Translations under genes and position numbers: made by a program
Shown: positions 40,831 to 49,990 of the stretch, one piece after another
How the letters are laid out: each line of letters begins with the position of its first letter
Position numbering within the stretch: position 1 is the stretch's first letter
Notes under the pieces: model-generated
The model's database searches: none
What the model was told of the DNA's origin: nothing
The model's input: only the letters and a program-made list of their open reading frames with translations
Virus record (IMG/VR): IMGVR_UViG_2574180019_000006
Strand: one strand, 5' to 3'
Length of the DNA: 64,000 nucleotides
DNA from: a virus
Lineage: Duplodnaviria > Heunggongvirae > Uroviricota > Caudoviricetes

Positions 40831-41029
40831 ACGGGAGAAGGAAACGCTTCATGAAATCAGTAAGTGGCCGGAGTTCCCTGAGTACTGGAAGCCTAAAACG
40901 CGAGCTAAGTTAGAGCGTTTAGGGTTGGTTGCAAACGTTTCTGAAACGTGGTGTTCGGCCAACTACCAGTTAACTGATAAAGGGAAAGTATTGCTACAGC
41001 AATTAGTAGAATCAGGAGCGTTAAAATGA
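40814..41029 (+). CDS. Hypothetical protein
   Basis: 71-aa ORF overlapping its neighbours on both sides. Confidence 0.35.
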   Translation: MIVLSKREKETLHEISKWPEFPEYWKPKTRAKLERLGLVANVSETWCSANYQLTDKGKVLLQQLVESGALK

Positions 41030-41178
41030 TTCCATACATCTCATTAGCTTTTATGGGTGGCTTCCTTATCGGCTTCGGCATCTGTCGTGATTTAATTAAG
41101 CAGGAACTTAAAACCAAAACACTGTGCATCGGAAAGCGTGTGTATCGGGTAGTTCATGAAACAAAGGTGAAAAAATGA
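41026..41178 (+). CDS. Small membrane protein (50 aa), paralog B
   Basis: Translated by hand: MIPYISLAFMGGFLIGFGICRD...GKRVYRVVHETK; RBS AGGAG; shares a TM segment and basic GRR.YR.VE.T tail with paralog A. Confidence 0.35.
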   Translation: MIPYISLAFMGGFLIGFGICRDLIKQELKTKTLCIGKRVYRVVHETKVKK

Positions 41179-41465
41179 GCAATTTAACTTCTTGGGAATG
41201 GTGGTTGGCCACCTATTTCTTAGCGGCCGGAGTCGCATTCGCCTTTTACGTAGGTCAGTTAGTCGTAAAACTGTTGCTGATTAAATTTGCTAGTCATAAA
41301 CGTATCGATGATGGTCTGTGGCGTCTTGGCACCCTGGTGGAAACTCGCTACGGGCAACTTAAGGAGAACGAAACCATTACTATCCAAGCGAAACGATTCA
41401 CTGCCACCATTACAAGAACACCTAGTCGTAGAGTGGCCTTGATCAAAAAAGTCACAACCGAATAA
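41175..41465 (+). CDS. Membrane protein, hypothetical
   Basis: 96 aa with N-terminal TM helix; start overlaps previous stop. Confidence 0.4.
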   Translation: MSNLTSWEWWLATYFLAAGVAFAFYVGQLVVKLLLIKFASHKRIDDGLWRLGTLVETRYGQLKENETITIQAKRFTATITRTPSRRVALIKKVTTE

Positions 41466-42241
41466 AAACATATTGATAAGTATTTACTTACTTATCTTTT
41501 GTGTATAAGATGACTTTGTTTTCGTTGAGACGCGACTGTTTGAACTTAAATACAAGTGCAAACGAAGAAGTCTATCTGGCAGTAGCCTAATAAGCCAAAC
41601 ACCAGCGAGGTCAGTTTCCAGCCTCGTTACCGAAATGGGACACACTGAGCGAGTGTGATTGCAGAACGCAGGAGGGAACATGAATGTTCCCTCCGATGAA
41701 GTAACAGAATGGGCGGTTGGTATATTTTCAACTCCATATGACTCCCGGATTCTTAGCCACTGACCGCCCATCCTGTTACGTCATTTTGTTCAATTATGTC
41801 GTTTATACTGGGTTAAAAAGCGGCGACGTAGCCCGGCTGGTATGGTTAGCCAGCACACAACGTTGAGGCCATTACATTTTTATCAATTCTAAGGTTCTAT
41901 TCACAGAGATACCGGCGAGCGTTGATATGTAACATGTTGGGCAAACATTCAATCGGAGTAGTGGCCTCAACGTTGTGAAGACAGGATTGTTGTGTAGGTT
42001 TAACCACTGTTGCCATTGGTGCCTGTTTTCACAACAAATGATTCCATACATCACATTGTATAAATTACAAAGTAGGTGCTGTCCTCAGAAACATCATCTA
42101 CTTAAAGATTTAGCCTTCTATTGAGCGAAGTCGAAAACGTCTGGCACTAACGAAAAGTGCAAGTAGCGGTGCGTTTCCTGGCAGAAACTAACACCGCCGC
42201 GATTGGCACTGTTGAGTAATAAATACTGTCAGTGCTGAATT

Positions 42242-42316
42242 GATGGTGTAGCTCAGCGGTAGAGCAGTTGGCTGTTAACCAACTGGTCGGTGGTTCGAAT
42301 CCACCCACCATCGCCA
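42242..42316 (+). tRNA. tRNA-Asn (anticodon GTT)
   Basis: Complete cloverleaf folded by hand: 7-bp acceptor GATGGTG/CACCATC, D-stem GCTC/GAGC, anticodon stem GTTGG/CCAAC with loop CTGTTAA, T-arm GGTGG-TTCGAAT-CCACC, encoded CCA. Confidence 0.85.
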
Positions 42317-42318
42317 AT

Positions 42319-42394
42319 GCCGGTTTAGCTCAGTTGGTAGAGCGCCTGCCTTGTAAGCAGGATGTCAGCGGTTCGATCCCGTTAACCGGCACCA
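42319..42394 (+). tRNA. tRNA-Thr (anticodon TGT)
   Basis: Cloverleaf: acceptor GCCGGTT/AACCGGC, D-arm GCTC-AGTTGGTA-GAGC, anticodon stem CCTGC/GCAGG with loop CTTGTAA, T-loop TTCGATC, encoded CCA; 2 nt after tRNA-Asn. Confidence 0.85.
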
Positions 42395-42714
42395 ACACAA
42401 CAGGTAAGAGCATTGGGCGAATCGGCGATACTGACCCACAAGGCCGTAAATCGATAGAGTCAGACCAGTGCTCTTACCGTTGTGAGGAAGTGCAGCTCTT
42501 TGAAGCAACCAGAAGATAAGCATCTGGCTTCACAACACAACGATAAGATCATTACGGTTAATCGTCGTTCATGTGCACAATGACTGGTCGAAAGGTAGTG
42601 ATCTTACCGTTGTGATGAATGCACAGGCTGATGTGCCGCAACTACAGTAGTGCGCGCTTTGCGGGGCTTGCTACAACCCTGTGTCGGAGTTCAGCACCGA
42701 CCATCACAATAGCT

Positions 42715-42801
42715 GGAGAGTAGGGAGCATGGTGCTCAAGCGGTCTTGAAAACCGTCCCATTGCGCAAGCGATGATGGTTCGATTCCATTACTCTCCGCC
42801 A
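42715..42801 (+). tRNA. Probable type II tRNA-Ser (anticodon TGA) with long variable arm
   Basis: Acceptor GGAGAGT/ACTCTCC, anticodon stem GCGGT/ACCGT with loop CTTGAAA, long variable region, T-loop TTCGATT, encoded CCA; D-arm is atypical so the call is tentative. Confidence 0.45.
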
Positions 42802-42956
42802 GACACAGCGTTGAGCGGTTTGGCCTTTTAATCAACTCGATTAAGACTCCGCTAACATAAACCAGACCGCTCAACGCTGTGATAGACAATTACGGCAGAC
42901 GTTCTTAACCATAGCTTGCTAACATCCTAGCAACACTTTTTTCAGCGCAAAATCCA

Positions 42957-42978
42957 AAGGGGCTTCGGCCCCTTTTTT
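42957..42978 (+). terminator. Rho-independent terminator closing the tRNA island
   Basis: GGGGC-ttcg-GCCCC followed by TTTTTT; lies 3 bp from the stop of the convergent minus-strand gene. Confidence 0.7.
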
Positions 42979-42980
42979 GG

Positions 42981-43871
42981 TTACTGATTATCTAGGTATG
43001 CTGTTAACTCATTTTTAATGATCAGTGAATATTCTAAAATCTCACCTAGTAAATACTCTGCTTTTTTAAAATGCCACCCCATAGAGCCTAATTTTTCTGA
43101 AGGTCTTTCTAACAACATTATAATATCGCTGTCTTGCTCTTTGGCAATGTATTGTCTTATTTCTCTCTCCCAATTATTTCTTGTCTTTCCACTTATTGAT
43201 GATTCATCCAAAACTTTGTTTATAAACTTTTCCGTGTCGGCGAACTTTCCTGCATTATGCACAATTGTATGTCTTAGCAACTCAATTAGAGTGATCTCGA
43301 AACGATAGTTTTTACCTATCTTGTTATTTATTTCTACGTCTCTGAAATTGGGTAATTTTCTTCTAAATACTTTCAGGAATGTTTTTAGTGATTTATTTTT
43401 TATCGCCTCGTAATAGGTTTCCATAGCTCCATTTTTATCAATCTGAACCTTTGGAAATTCACTAGGTGACCAAAAATGGTAATGTATGCTCACTGTATGG
43501 GCATATATTTTCTTAATATAATCTTCAAACAATTCAAAAGCTTCAGTTATAACCCATTGATATTGTTTGTTTTTTAACGCTTCGCATAATTTTATCTTCT
43601 CTGAGATATCTATTGTGCTATGCCCAATTCCAAATGTTGAACCTGTATATGGATTTGAGCATGTATGGTTTGTTAACGTTGTCCCGCATGTTATTGGGGG
43701 GGTATTATTAGCATCTAGAGTTTGTGCGTTTTCAAGTGTATGCTTAAATCGCTTTATGTTGTCTTTCGTTGTAACATTTATATGACCTAACAAGTCACAA
43801 CGCAAAATTATTTCGTTTCTTAATTCAGTGAATATGTTTTCAACAAAAGAACCTAGCGGGTTTTCAATCAT
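42981..43871 (-). CDS. Low-GC orphan protein, HEPN-like (possible abortive-infection/defence protein)
   Basis: 296-aa minus-strand ORF, markedly AT-rich versus neighbours; contains an Rx4H motif (LLRHTIVHNAG) of the kind found in HEPN/Abi-type RNases. Family assignment is tentative. Confidence 0.4.
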   Translation of the reverse strand: MIENPLGSFVENIFTELRNEIILRCDLLGHINVTTKDNIKRFKHTLENAQTLDANNTPPITCGTTLTNHTCSNPYTGSTFGIGHSTIDISEKIKLCEALKNKQYQWVITEAFELFEDYIKKIYAHTVSIHYHFWSPSEFPKVQIDKNGAMETYYEAIKNKSLKTFLKVFRRKLPNFRDVEINNKIGKNYRFEITLIELLRHTIVHNAGKFADTEKFINKVLDESSISGKTRNNWEREIRQYIAKEQDSDIIMLLERPSEKLGSMGWHFKKAEYLLGEILEYSLIIKNELTAYLDNQ

Positions 43872-44046
43872 CTAAACCTCAACGAAAATCTTACCTATAA
43901 GACAGTCCTTAATGTAATCTATTTTCTCCACTACTTCAAATTACCTCACAATCTACCGATAGGTGACTACCTACTTACATACAAAGTTGATTTATAGTAT
44001 AGTCCCTCTGTTGCGTATTAGTATTTTTAAAGGCATTTGTTAAGTT

Positions 44047-44292
44047 ATGACGATCACTATCTACGGACGAGATAACTGCTCATACTGCAAACGTGCGGTC
44101 GAGCTGGCGAAGCAACTAAAGGGACATGGCTACGGTGATTATGAGTACATCGACATCACCACTGCCGGTATCGACAAGGAAAAACTAAGTGAAATTGTTG
44201 GTAAACCGGTAGAGACTATCCCCCAGGTGCTGATCGATGGCCAGCCGATTGGCGGATACACAGAACTGGCTGCATACGTCAGCACCCTCTGA
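44047..44292 (+). CDS. Glutaredoxin/NrdH-like redoxin
   Basis: 81 aa with active site CSYC in a thioredoxin-fold context (TIYGRDNCSYCKRA ... IPQVLIDGQPIGGY). Confidence 0.8.
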   Translation: MTITIYGRDNCSYCKRAVELAKQLKGHGYGDYEYIDITTAGIDKEKLSEIVGKPVETIPQVLIDGQPIGGYTELAAYVSTL

Positions 44293-44298
44293 TTTTAA

Positions 44299-44321
44299 CG
44301 GCTCACAGGAGCCGTTTTTAT
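44299..44321 (+). terminator. Rho-independent terminator
   Basis: ACGGCTC-acag-GAGCCGT followed by TTTTT. Confidence 0.6.
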
Positions 44322-44502
44322 TCCCACCAAACTCACTCCCATTTCCCTTAAAATTCAAAAAACAACGTCAAAATGATTCCATACCTACTATGTATGGAAT
44401 CATTGCTGAAAATGAGTTACTTTTACTCTTGATCCTATAAGAATCTATGCCTAATATACTGTTTACTTATACAGTACATCGGCGTAACTCGGTGATTGTC
44501 AT

Positions 44503-45606
44503 ATGAAAAATAGCTTTGACAGAGCACGCGCTGCGGAGAACACCTCAAAAGAGGCGATAGAGTATCTCGAAAGAGCATCTCAAATGCAGGCCGTTATGAT
44601 CTCGCAGGTTAGCAATGACATGAGATTCTCGGACGCATTCATGTTATTCACTCGCTTATCTCTGCTGATAACCAGACGTCGGCCAGAGATCGCTGTTCAT
44701 TGTATTTTGATACATGTTTTGCCGCACATTGCCGATGTAAAAGTAAGTGACATTAATAGGTTCATGGTGAACCAACTGGTCAACCCACTAATACTGGATG
44801 GCAAAATTGTTATGGGCCGCCGCGTTTTCTCTCTGATGAAGCAGTTCCTTAGCTGGTGCGCCTTCCAGGGGATGATAGACGTGTCACCGTTAAACGATAT
44901 GTCACTTAACAAAGTTGCCGGTGGCGCAAAGCCCACACCTCGCGAGCGGAAGCTGACCGACGCAGAGGTATGGGTGTTCTGGAATATATGGGACTACTTC
45001 AATGTGTGCGCTGGTACAAAATGGGCGGCCAGGCTGTGTCTTGTATCAGCAAGACGACCTGACGAAGTACTGCGGGCTAAAAAAAGTGAGTTCAATCTTA
45101 AGCGTGGAGTTTGGAATCAAGGCAAGAGAAACAAGTCAGCACGTGAGCATTCGCTGCCTTTAAGCACATTAATGCGCACATGTATTGAAGAGTTGTTCGA
45201 ATACGGTAAAGGCAGCCAGTGGCTCGTGCCTTCGAATAAAAAAATCGGGAAAGACCTTCCTATGTCTAAAGTGGCAATAGCCCAGGCATTACGTCGTATT
45301 CTGGAACGACCAGAACTGATGGAGCTTGAGCCATTTACACCCCGAGACTTGCGCCGTACTGCGCGTAGTTACTTCCCAGCTTTAGGCATAAGCCAGGAGG
45401 TATCACGCAAAATCATGAACCACAGTCTTGAGGGGATAGATCGAGTCTACGACCGGCACGATTATATGGACGAGATGCGAGACGCCTTAGAAAGTTTCTC
45501 GACGTACATCGCATCAATCGTAGAGCAACCGGATTTAGACGAAATTGACCACAAATTCAAGGGAGATCGTCTATCAACAGAGCTTATTCGTGTAAATTTT
45601 TCATAG
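44503..45606 (+). CDS. Tyrosine recombinase/integrase
   Basis: C-terminal catalytic-domain signatures of phage integrases (ARRPDEV, PRDLRRTARS, VYDRHDY); true start codon uncertain. Confidence 0.7.
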   Translation: MKNSFDRARAAENTSKEAIEYLERASQMQAVMISQVSNDMRFSDAFMLFTRLSLLITRRRPEIAVHCILIHVLPHIADVKVSDINRFMVNQLVNPLILDGKIVMGRRVFSLMKQFLSWCAFQGMIDVSPLNDMSLNKVAGGAKPTPRERKLTDAEVWVFWNIWDYFNVCAGTKWAARLCLVSARRPDEVLRAKKSEFNLKRGVWNQGKRNKSAREHSLPLSTLMRTCIEELFEYGKGSQWLVPSNKKIGKDLPMSKVAIAQALRRILERPELMELEPFTPRDLRRTARSYFPALGISQEVSRKIMNHSLEGIDRVYDRHDYMDEMRDALESFSTYIASIVEQPDLDEIDHKFKGDRLSTELIRVNFS

Positions 45607-45987
45607 AGACTTTATGGCCTCAACAACCTTTTGTGATGCGCCTTTCTCTTTACCGAATCGCTCGTTATATGCAGCAAGAACCTGTTTTTCGTCCTCGTTA
45701 AGAGGAGCGGTGCCTTCTTTGTATAAAAATGCTGCGAGTTCAGGTTGGCGTTCTTCCAGCACCATCATCATAAGACGACTTGGCTCAATACCCAGCGCCA
45801 GCGCCAACGGACGAACCTTATCGATAGGCAAAGGAATTTTGCCACTTTTAATTAAAGAAAGGTTGTTGGCATTTTTATAACCAATAAGTCTGGCTATTTG
45901 GGCCTGACTCATAGGTGAGGATTCAATCAGCCCTGCGATAAAAGCAGCATAGCGACTTTCTATAAATTCAATCTTGTTGTCAGACAT
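45601..45987 (-). CDS. XRE-family helix-turn-helix transcriptional regulator (candidate phage repressor)
   Basis: 128 aa; HTH segment SQAQIARLIGYKNANNLSLIKSGK; divergent from downstream genes; an imperfect palindrome GGTAAGTGCTTACC lies in its upstream region. Confidence 0.6.
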   Translation of the reverse strand: MSDNKIEFIESRYAAFIAGLIESSPMSQAQIARLIGYKNANNLSLIKSGKIPLPIDKVRPLALALGIEPSRLMMMVLEERQPELAAFLYKEGTAPLNEDEKQVLAAYNERFGKEKGASQKVVEAIKSL

Positions 45988-46237
45988 TGTTACAACCTTT
46001 GCGCGTTCAATTCTCTCTGGTAAGTGCTTACCGATATTACATCAAAGGTTAGGGTTGTAAAGCTATTATCATTTTTTCGATAGGCACTTAAAAGACCGGT
46101 TAAAGGCCATTGCACGGAGAAAAATTAGCCCAAAACAGGTAAGAAAATTAACTTGCATATGATATGAATGTATTCAGTATTGATATAAATTTTAGTAGTA
46201 TTCCTTACCATAGTATAAGTTAGAATGGATTGATTGA

Positions 46238-46450
46238 ATGAACACCACTATTTCCAGCCTAATCGCTCTTGAGATCGGACACGTACAGAAATTAGCTGAT
46301 GAGTGTGTAGCTGACATCCTCACCGATCTACCGAATGAGCAGATTCAGGTTGGTGTGAATGACACAACTGGCTTTATATTCGAACTTAACAACAAACGCT
46401 TCACGCTTCTCAATATCGGCTCCGGGTCTTTAGCCGTCAGAATCTGTTAA
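46238..46450 (+). CDS. Hypothetical protein
   Basis: 70-aa ORF followed by an inverted repeat CTGCGCGAA...TTCGCGCAG. Confidence 0.3.
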   Translation: MNTTISSLIALEIGHVQKLADECVADILTDLPNEQIQVGVNDTTGFIFELNNKRFTLLNIGSGSLAVRIC

Positions 46451-46548
46451 CCCCTCTTCTCCCTGCGCGAATGGCTTAGTTCCCTGTTCGCGCAGTGCTA
46501 CATTAAACACACTAGTAAATAATTTGTTTTCATAACAAAGGATTAGCC

Positions 46549-48657
46549 ATGTCTAAAAAACGTTCCATCAAAGAGGTTCAGGACTTCCGTGACAGTGTAA
46601 AACGAGTAGTCGCTCTCCTTTCAGGTAAAAACATCCCTGTTGCAGAACGAGGGGACGACGCTTATGTACGCTATAACGATGATGGAGAGCCAATTCTCGT
46701 AAACATCCCATCAATCCCGGATAACGCAACACCGGCATTGATGAATGCTGTGCGCGGATTTCTCGATCATGAGGTTGCTCACATTTTGTTTACCGATATT
46801 CGTGTGTCCAACAAAATGAGAGAAAAAGGACGCGTTCCTTCCTGGTCGCTATGGAATGCCTTAGAAGACGTGTTCATCGAGCGAAAAATGGGTCAGGTCT
46901 TTAACGGAACAAGACGTAATCTGATGGCAACTCAGCGCCTTATAATCGAAAAAGTCTTTAAACCAAAGGCTTCAGAGGCTATTGCTTATTGTGGCAAAGA
47001 TCAGCGCGCGCTTTTTCTAAACTTCTTTCTCTGTCCGGTTGTAAGAGCCTGGGATGGCCAAGCACCGTTCGTAGATTTCATGGATGAACATTGGCCTGTC
47101 ATTGAGAAACCAATTTCATTATTAAAAGAACATGGTATCGATGTGGCCGTGCGTAACATGTCTTGCACCGAGGATTGTGTAAAGGTGGCTGCGACCATAG
47201 CTAAGATCCTCAAAGACACTGAAAGTGAAAGCAAAGGTAAGGAGTCAGCTCCGGGAAAAACTTCCGATCCTTCAGACGCTGACCAGACGGATGCCTCTGG
47301 AGAAAACAATGAAGACAACGAAGATCATGAGACTCCCTCAGTGTTAGATAATCACAAATCTATCAAATCAGAATCACATAGTAAGTACAAACATGATAAT
47401 AACAACAGTGATGATTCAGATAATTCTGAATCATCAGAAACAATATTCGATGATACAGAAAATGATAAAGAGGTATCAGATTCTGATGCTTCTGATAACG
47501 CGGCGTCAGAATCATTAACCGCTGACCACGAAAAAAGAAAAACGACAGAAGACGGCTCTTCAGATATCCCAACTCCGTCAAAAATGAGTCTGGAAGAGGC
47601 TTTAGAGGAGCTGGATAGCATAGAAGATGAAGTCGGAGGCATGACAGAAGATGCTCTATCCGAAACGATTAAAAGCGAGTTAACAGAAAGCTCGAAAAGC
47701 GAATACAGGCCATACAATCGCTCATACGACTTCATCGGCTCGATTGATCAGGCAGAAGCCCATATCAAACGGCTTATTAAAACATTCTCCGATATTGATT
47801 TGGGAGGATATCCAATCAGCCGCTATCGCATCGTTCCTGAAGGCAACCAGCTCTTCGACAAATATATTGAAAAGCATCTTTCGTCAGGTGTTTCGTCGAC
47901 GCTGGCAAAAGACCTGGAGCGAGCAATAGCAAGCAGAAACAGAGTTCAGTTTATACCGGGCCAGCGTCGGGGGCGCATTCATGGTTCTAGTATCTACAGA
48001 TTAGCAATGAATGATGCTCGCGTGTTTCGTAAAAAAGAAGAATCTAAAGCCGTTAACGCCTGTGTTCAACAAGTGATTGATTTATCAGGTTCAATGAGTG
48101 GTATAACGATTAAACTGGCTCTTGCAAGTGCATATACCATCGCCGATGCCCTTGATCGAATAAATGTTCCCAACATTATCACCGGCTTCACTACATTTGG
48201 TAGTCATATGGCGGCAGGAGAACTTAAGGCTGTCAAGTATGAGTTCTCTCGCTTTGAATCTTTAATGCTACCTATCATCAAAAATTGGAATGAAAAGGTA
48301 AATTCTCGCGAAGTTCGCTCACGTATGGGGTGCGTAGGCTACACATTCCCACTTCTTAATAACGTGGATGGTGAAAGCATAGCCAGCCTTGCATCGTTAT
48401 TTTCCGGTCGCATGGAGGACAGGAAGATCATGCTTGTTCTGAGTGATGGCGCGCCGTGGGCTGTTGGGAGAGGTTTTGACGCTCATTTGCGTTCAGTTGC
48501 GAAGCAAATTGAAACGCAGACTGATATTGATTTGCTGGCAATTGGCATCATGACTGACGCACCGGAGAGATTTTACTCAAATCATGCCCTGGTAACGAGC
48601 GTTGATAGTCTTGGTTCATCTGTAGTTACTGAACTATCTCGTATCATTTTAAAGTGA
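46549..48657 (+). CDS. vWA-domain protein (CobT-like) with acidic disordered linker
   Basis: C-terminal von Willebrand A domain with MIDAS-like DLSGSMSG; central 250-aa Asp/Glu/Ser-rich low-complexity segment; partner AAA+ ATPase gene follows. Confidence 0.6.
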   Translation: MSKKRSIKEVQDFRDSVKRVVALLSGKNIPVAERGDDAYVRYNDDGEPILVNIPSIPDNATPALMNAVRGFLDHEVAHILFTDIRVSNKMREKGRVPSWSLWNALEDVFIERKMGQVFNGTRRNLMATQRLIIEKVFKPKASEAIAYCGKDQRALFLNFFLCPVVRAWDGQAPFVDFMDEHWPVIEKPISLLKEHGIDVAVRNMSCTEDCVKVAATIAKILKDTESESKGKESAPGKTSDPSDADQTDASGENNEDNEDHETPSVLDNHKSIKSESHSKYKHDNNNSDDSDNSESSETIFDDTENDKEVSDSDASDNAASESLTADHEKRKTTEDGSSDIPTPSKMSLEEALEELDSIEDEVGGMTEDALSETIKSELTESSKSEYRPYNRSYDFIGSIDQAEAHIKRLIKTFSDIDLGGYPISRYRIVPEGNQLFDKYIEKHLSSGVSSTLAKDLERAIASRNRVQFIPGQRRGRIHGSSIYRLAMNDARVFRKKEESKAVNACVQQVIDLSGSMSGITIKLALASAYTIADALDRINVPNIITGFTTFGSHMAAGELKAVKYEFSRFESLMLPIIKNWNEKVNSREVRSRMGCVGYTFPLLNNVDGESIASLASLFSGRMEDRKIMLVLSDGAPWAVGRGFDAHLRSVAKQIETQTDIDLLAIGIMTDAPERFYSNHALVTSVDSLGSSVVTELSRIILK

Positions 48658-48752
48658 ACAAAACAGCCTTTACGATAAGTAACCACTTACGATATATAAT
48701 GATATATTTATATAAGAAGTTGAACGCTCATTAGAGAACAAAGGAAAAACGC

Positions 48753-49988
48753 ATGACGACTACTGCACTGCAAAATGAAAAAAATCCTTCTGATTACCTT
48801 GTTTGCAAGTGGTGCGGCAAATCATTTCACTATTTTAAGTCCCATGTAGCCAATGGTAATTGCGAGGGCATTCCTGAGTCAGTAAAAGATGCCGATCCTG
48901 ACACCGTACTGAAAATGTACACAACGCAGTTTCCAGATGAACCAACGCTATCGAAAAAGGCACTTGATGCAATTCAAGCTAAACGTGCCGAGCAAAAAAG
49001 CGAAATGGCCAAATCTTCTGGCTTGACCAGTAGCCCTGGCTACACAGGCACAGTTGAGTACAAGACAGATCTGGTCGCAGCTCACGAACTGCTAAACGTA
49101 ACAGTGGAAGAACTCGGAACAAAACGTGGGACGCCGCTCATGGTTAGCGTTAACGTCAATACGCCGTATCCAGAGTTCGTTCCAGAAGTGAAGAAGGGCT
49201 ACGTATATGGCGACTTCGAACTGATCAAAGATATTTTCATGATGCTTGAACTTGGCATACCTGGCTATTTGTGGGGTCATGCAGGAACAGGCAAATCGTC
49301 ATTGCCTACACAGCTATGTGCTTTGCTCAATCGTCCGTTGATCCGTGCCCAACATACAGCATCAATGGAAGAGGCACATGTTACGGGGCAAATTCTGGCG
49401 CGTGATGGCTCTACGTATTTCGAACCTGGCTTGCTTGCGCTCGCAATGAAGCATGGCTGGGTTTACCTCGCGGATGAATACGACTTTGCGTTTCCACAAA
49501 TTCTTGGCGTGTATCAGCCAGTGCTGGAAGGTGAAGCGTTGGTCATCAAAGAGGCAACTCCAGAATGGCGTCGCATTACTCCGCATGAACGGTTTGCTTT
49601 CATTGGCACTGGCAACACGAACGGATCTGGTGATGAAACCGGCTTGTACCAGGGTACAAACATCCAGAACGCCGCGAACTTTTCGCGTTTTGGCATCGTT
49701 TCGAATGTGAAATACATGAGCAAAGACGCAGAGATCAACATGTTGACAAATGCAGGCATCGTGGATGAATACGCTGAAAAGATGGTTAAGTTTGCCGGTA
49801 TCGTTCGCGATGGATACGAAGAACACCTCATTAGTCAGCCAATTGGCCCTCGTGAACTTTTGTTGTCGGCCAAGATTGGAATGATGCGAGGCGACTTTGT
49901 GACAGGTATTGAGCGTTCTTTCATTAACAAACTCCCTTCAGCTTCTGCACAAGCGGCTCGTGAAGTTGTTCAAAAAATATTTGGTTAA
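48753..49988 (+). CDS. AAA+ ATPase (MoxR/CobS-like) with N-terminal Cys-rich segment
   Basis: Walker A GHAGTGKSS, Walker B VYLADEYDF; N-terminal CKWCG...C motif; paired with the upstream vWA protein. Confidence 0.65.
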   Translation: MTTTALQNEKNPSDYLVCKWCGKSFHYFKSHVANGNCEGIPESVKDADPDTVLKMYTTQFPDEPTLSKKALDAIQAKRAEQKSEMAKSSGLTSSPGYTGTVEYKTDLVAAHELLNVTVEELGTKRGTPLMVSVNVNTPYPEFVPEVKKGYVYGDFELIKDIFMMLELGIPGYLWGHAGTGKSSLPTQLCALLNRPLIRAQHTASMEEAHVTGQILARDGSTYFEPGLLALAMKHGWVYLADEYDFAFPQILGVYQPVLEGEALVIKEATPEWRRITPHERFAFIGTGNTNGSGDETGLYQGTNIQNAANFSRFGIVSNVKYMSKDAEINMLTNAGIVDEYAEKMVKFAGIVRDGYEEHLISQPIGPRELLLSAKIGMMRGDFVTGIERSFINKLPSASAQAAREVVQKIFG

Positions 49989-49990
49989 TC

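Noticed and set aside
42268-42519. 83-aa ORF on + strand
   Set aside because: It overlaps two well-formed tRNA cloverleaves (Asn, Thr) and has no RBS; it is an artefact of the stop-free tRNA sequence.
47001-47735. Minus-strand ORFs inside the vWA-protein gene
   Set aside because: They overlap the acidic low-complexity linker coding region, which is open on the opposite strand by composition alone.
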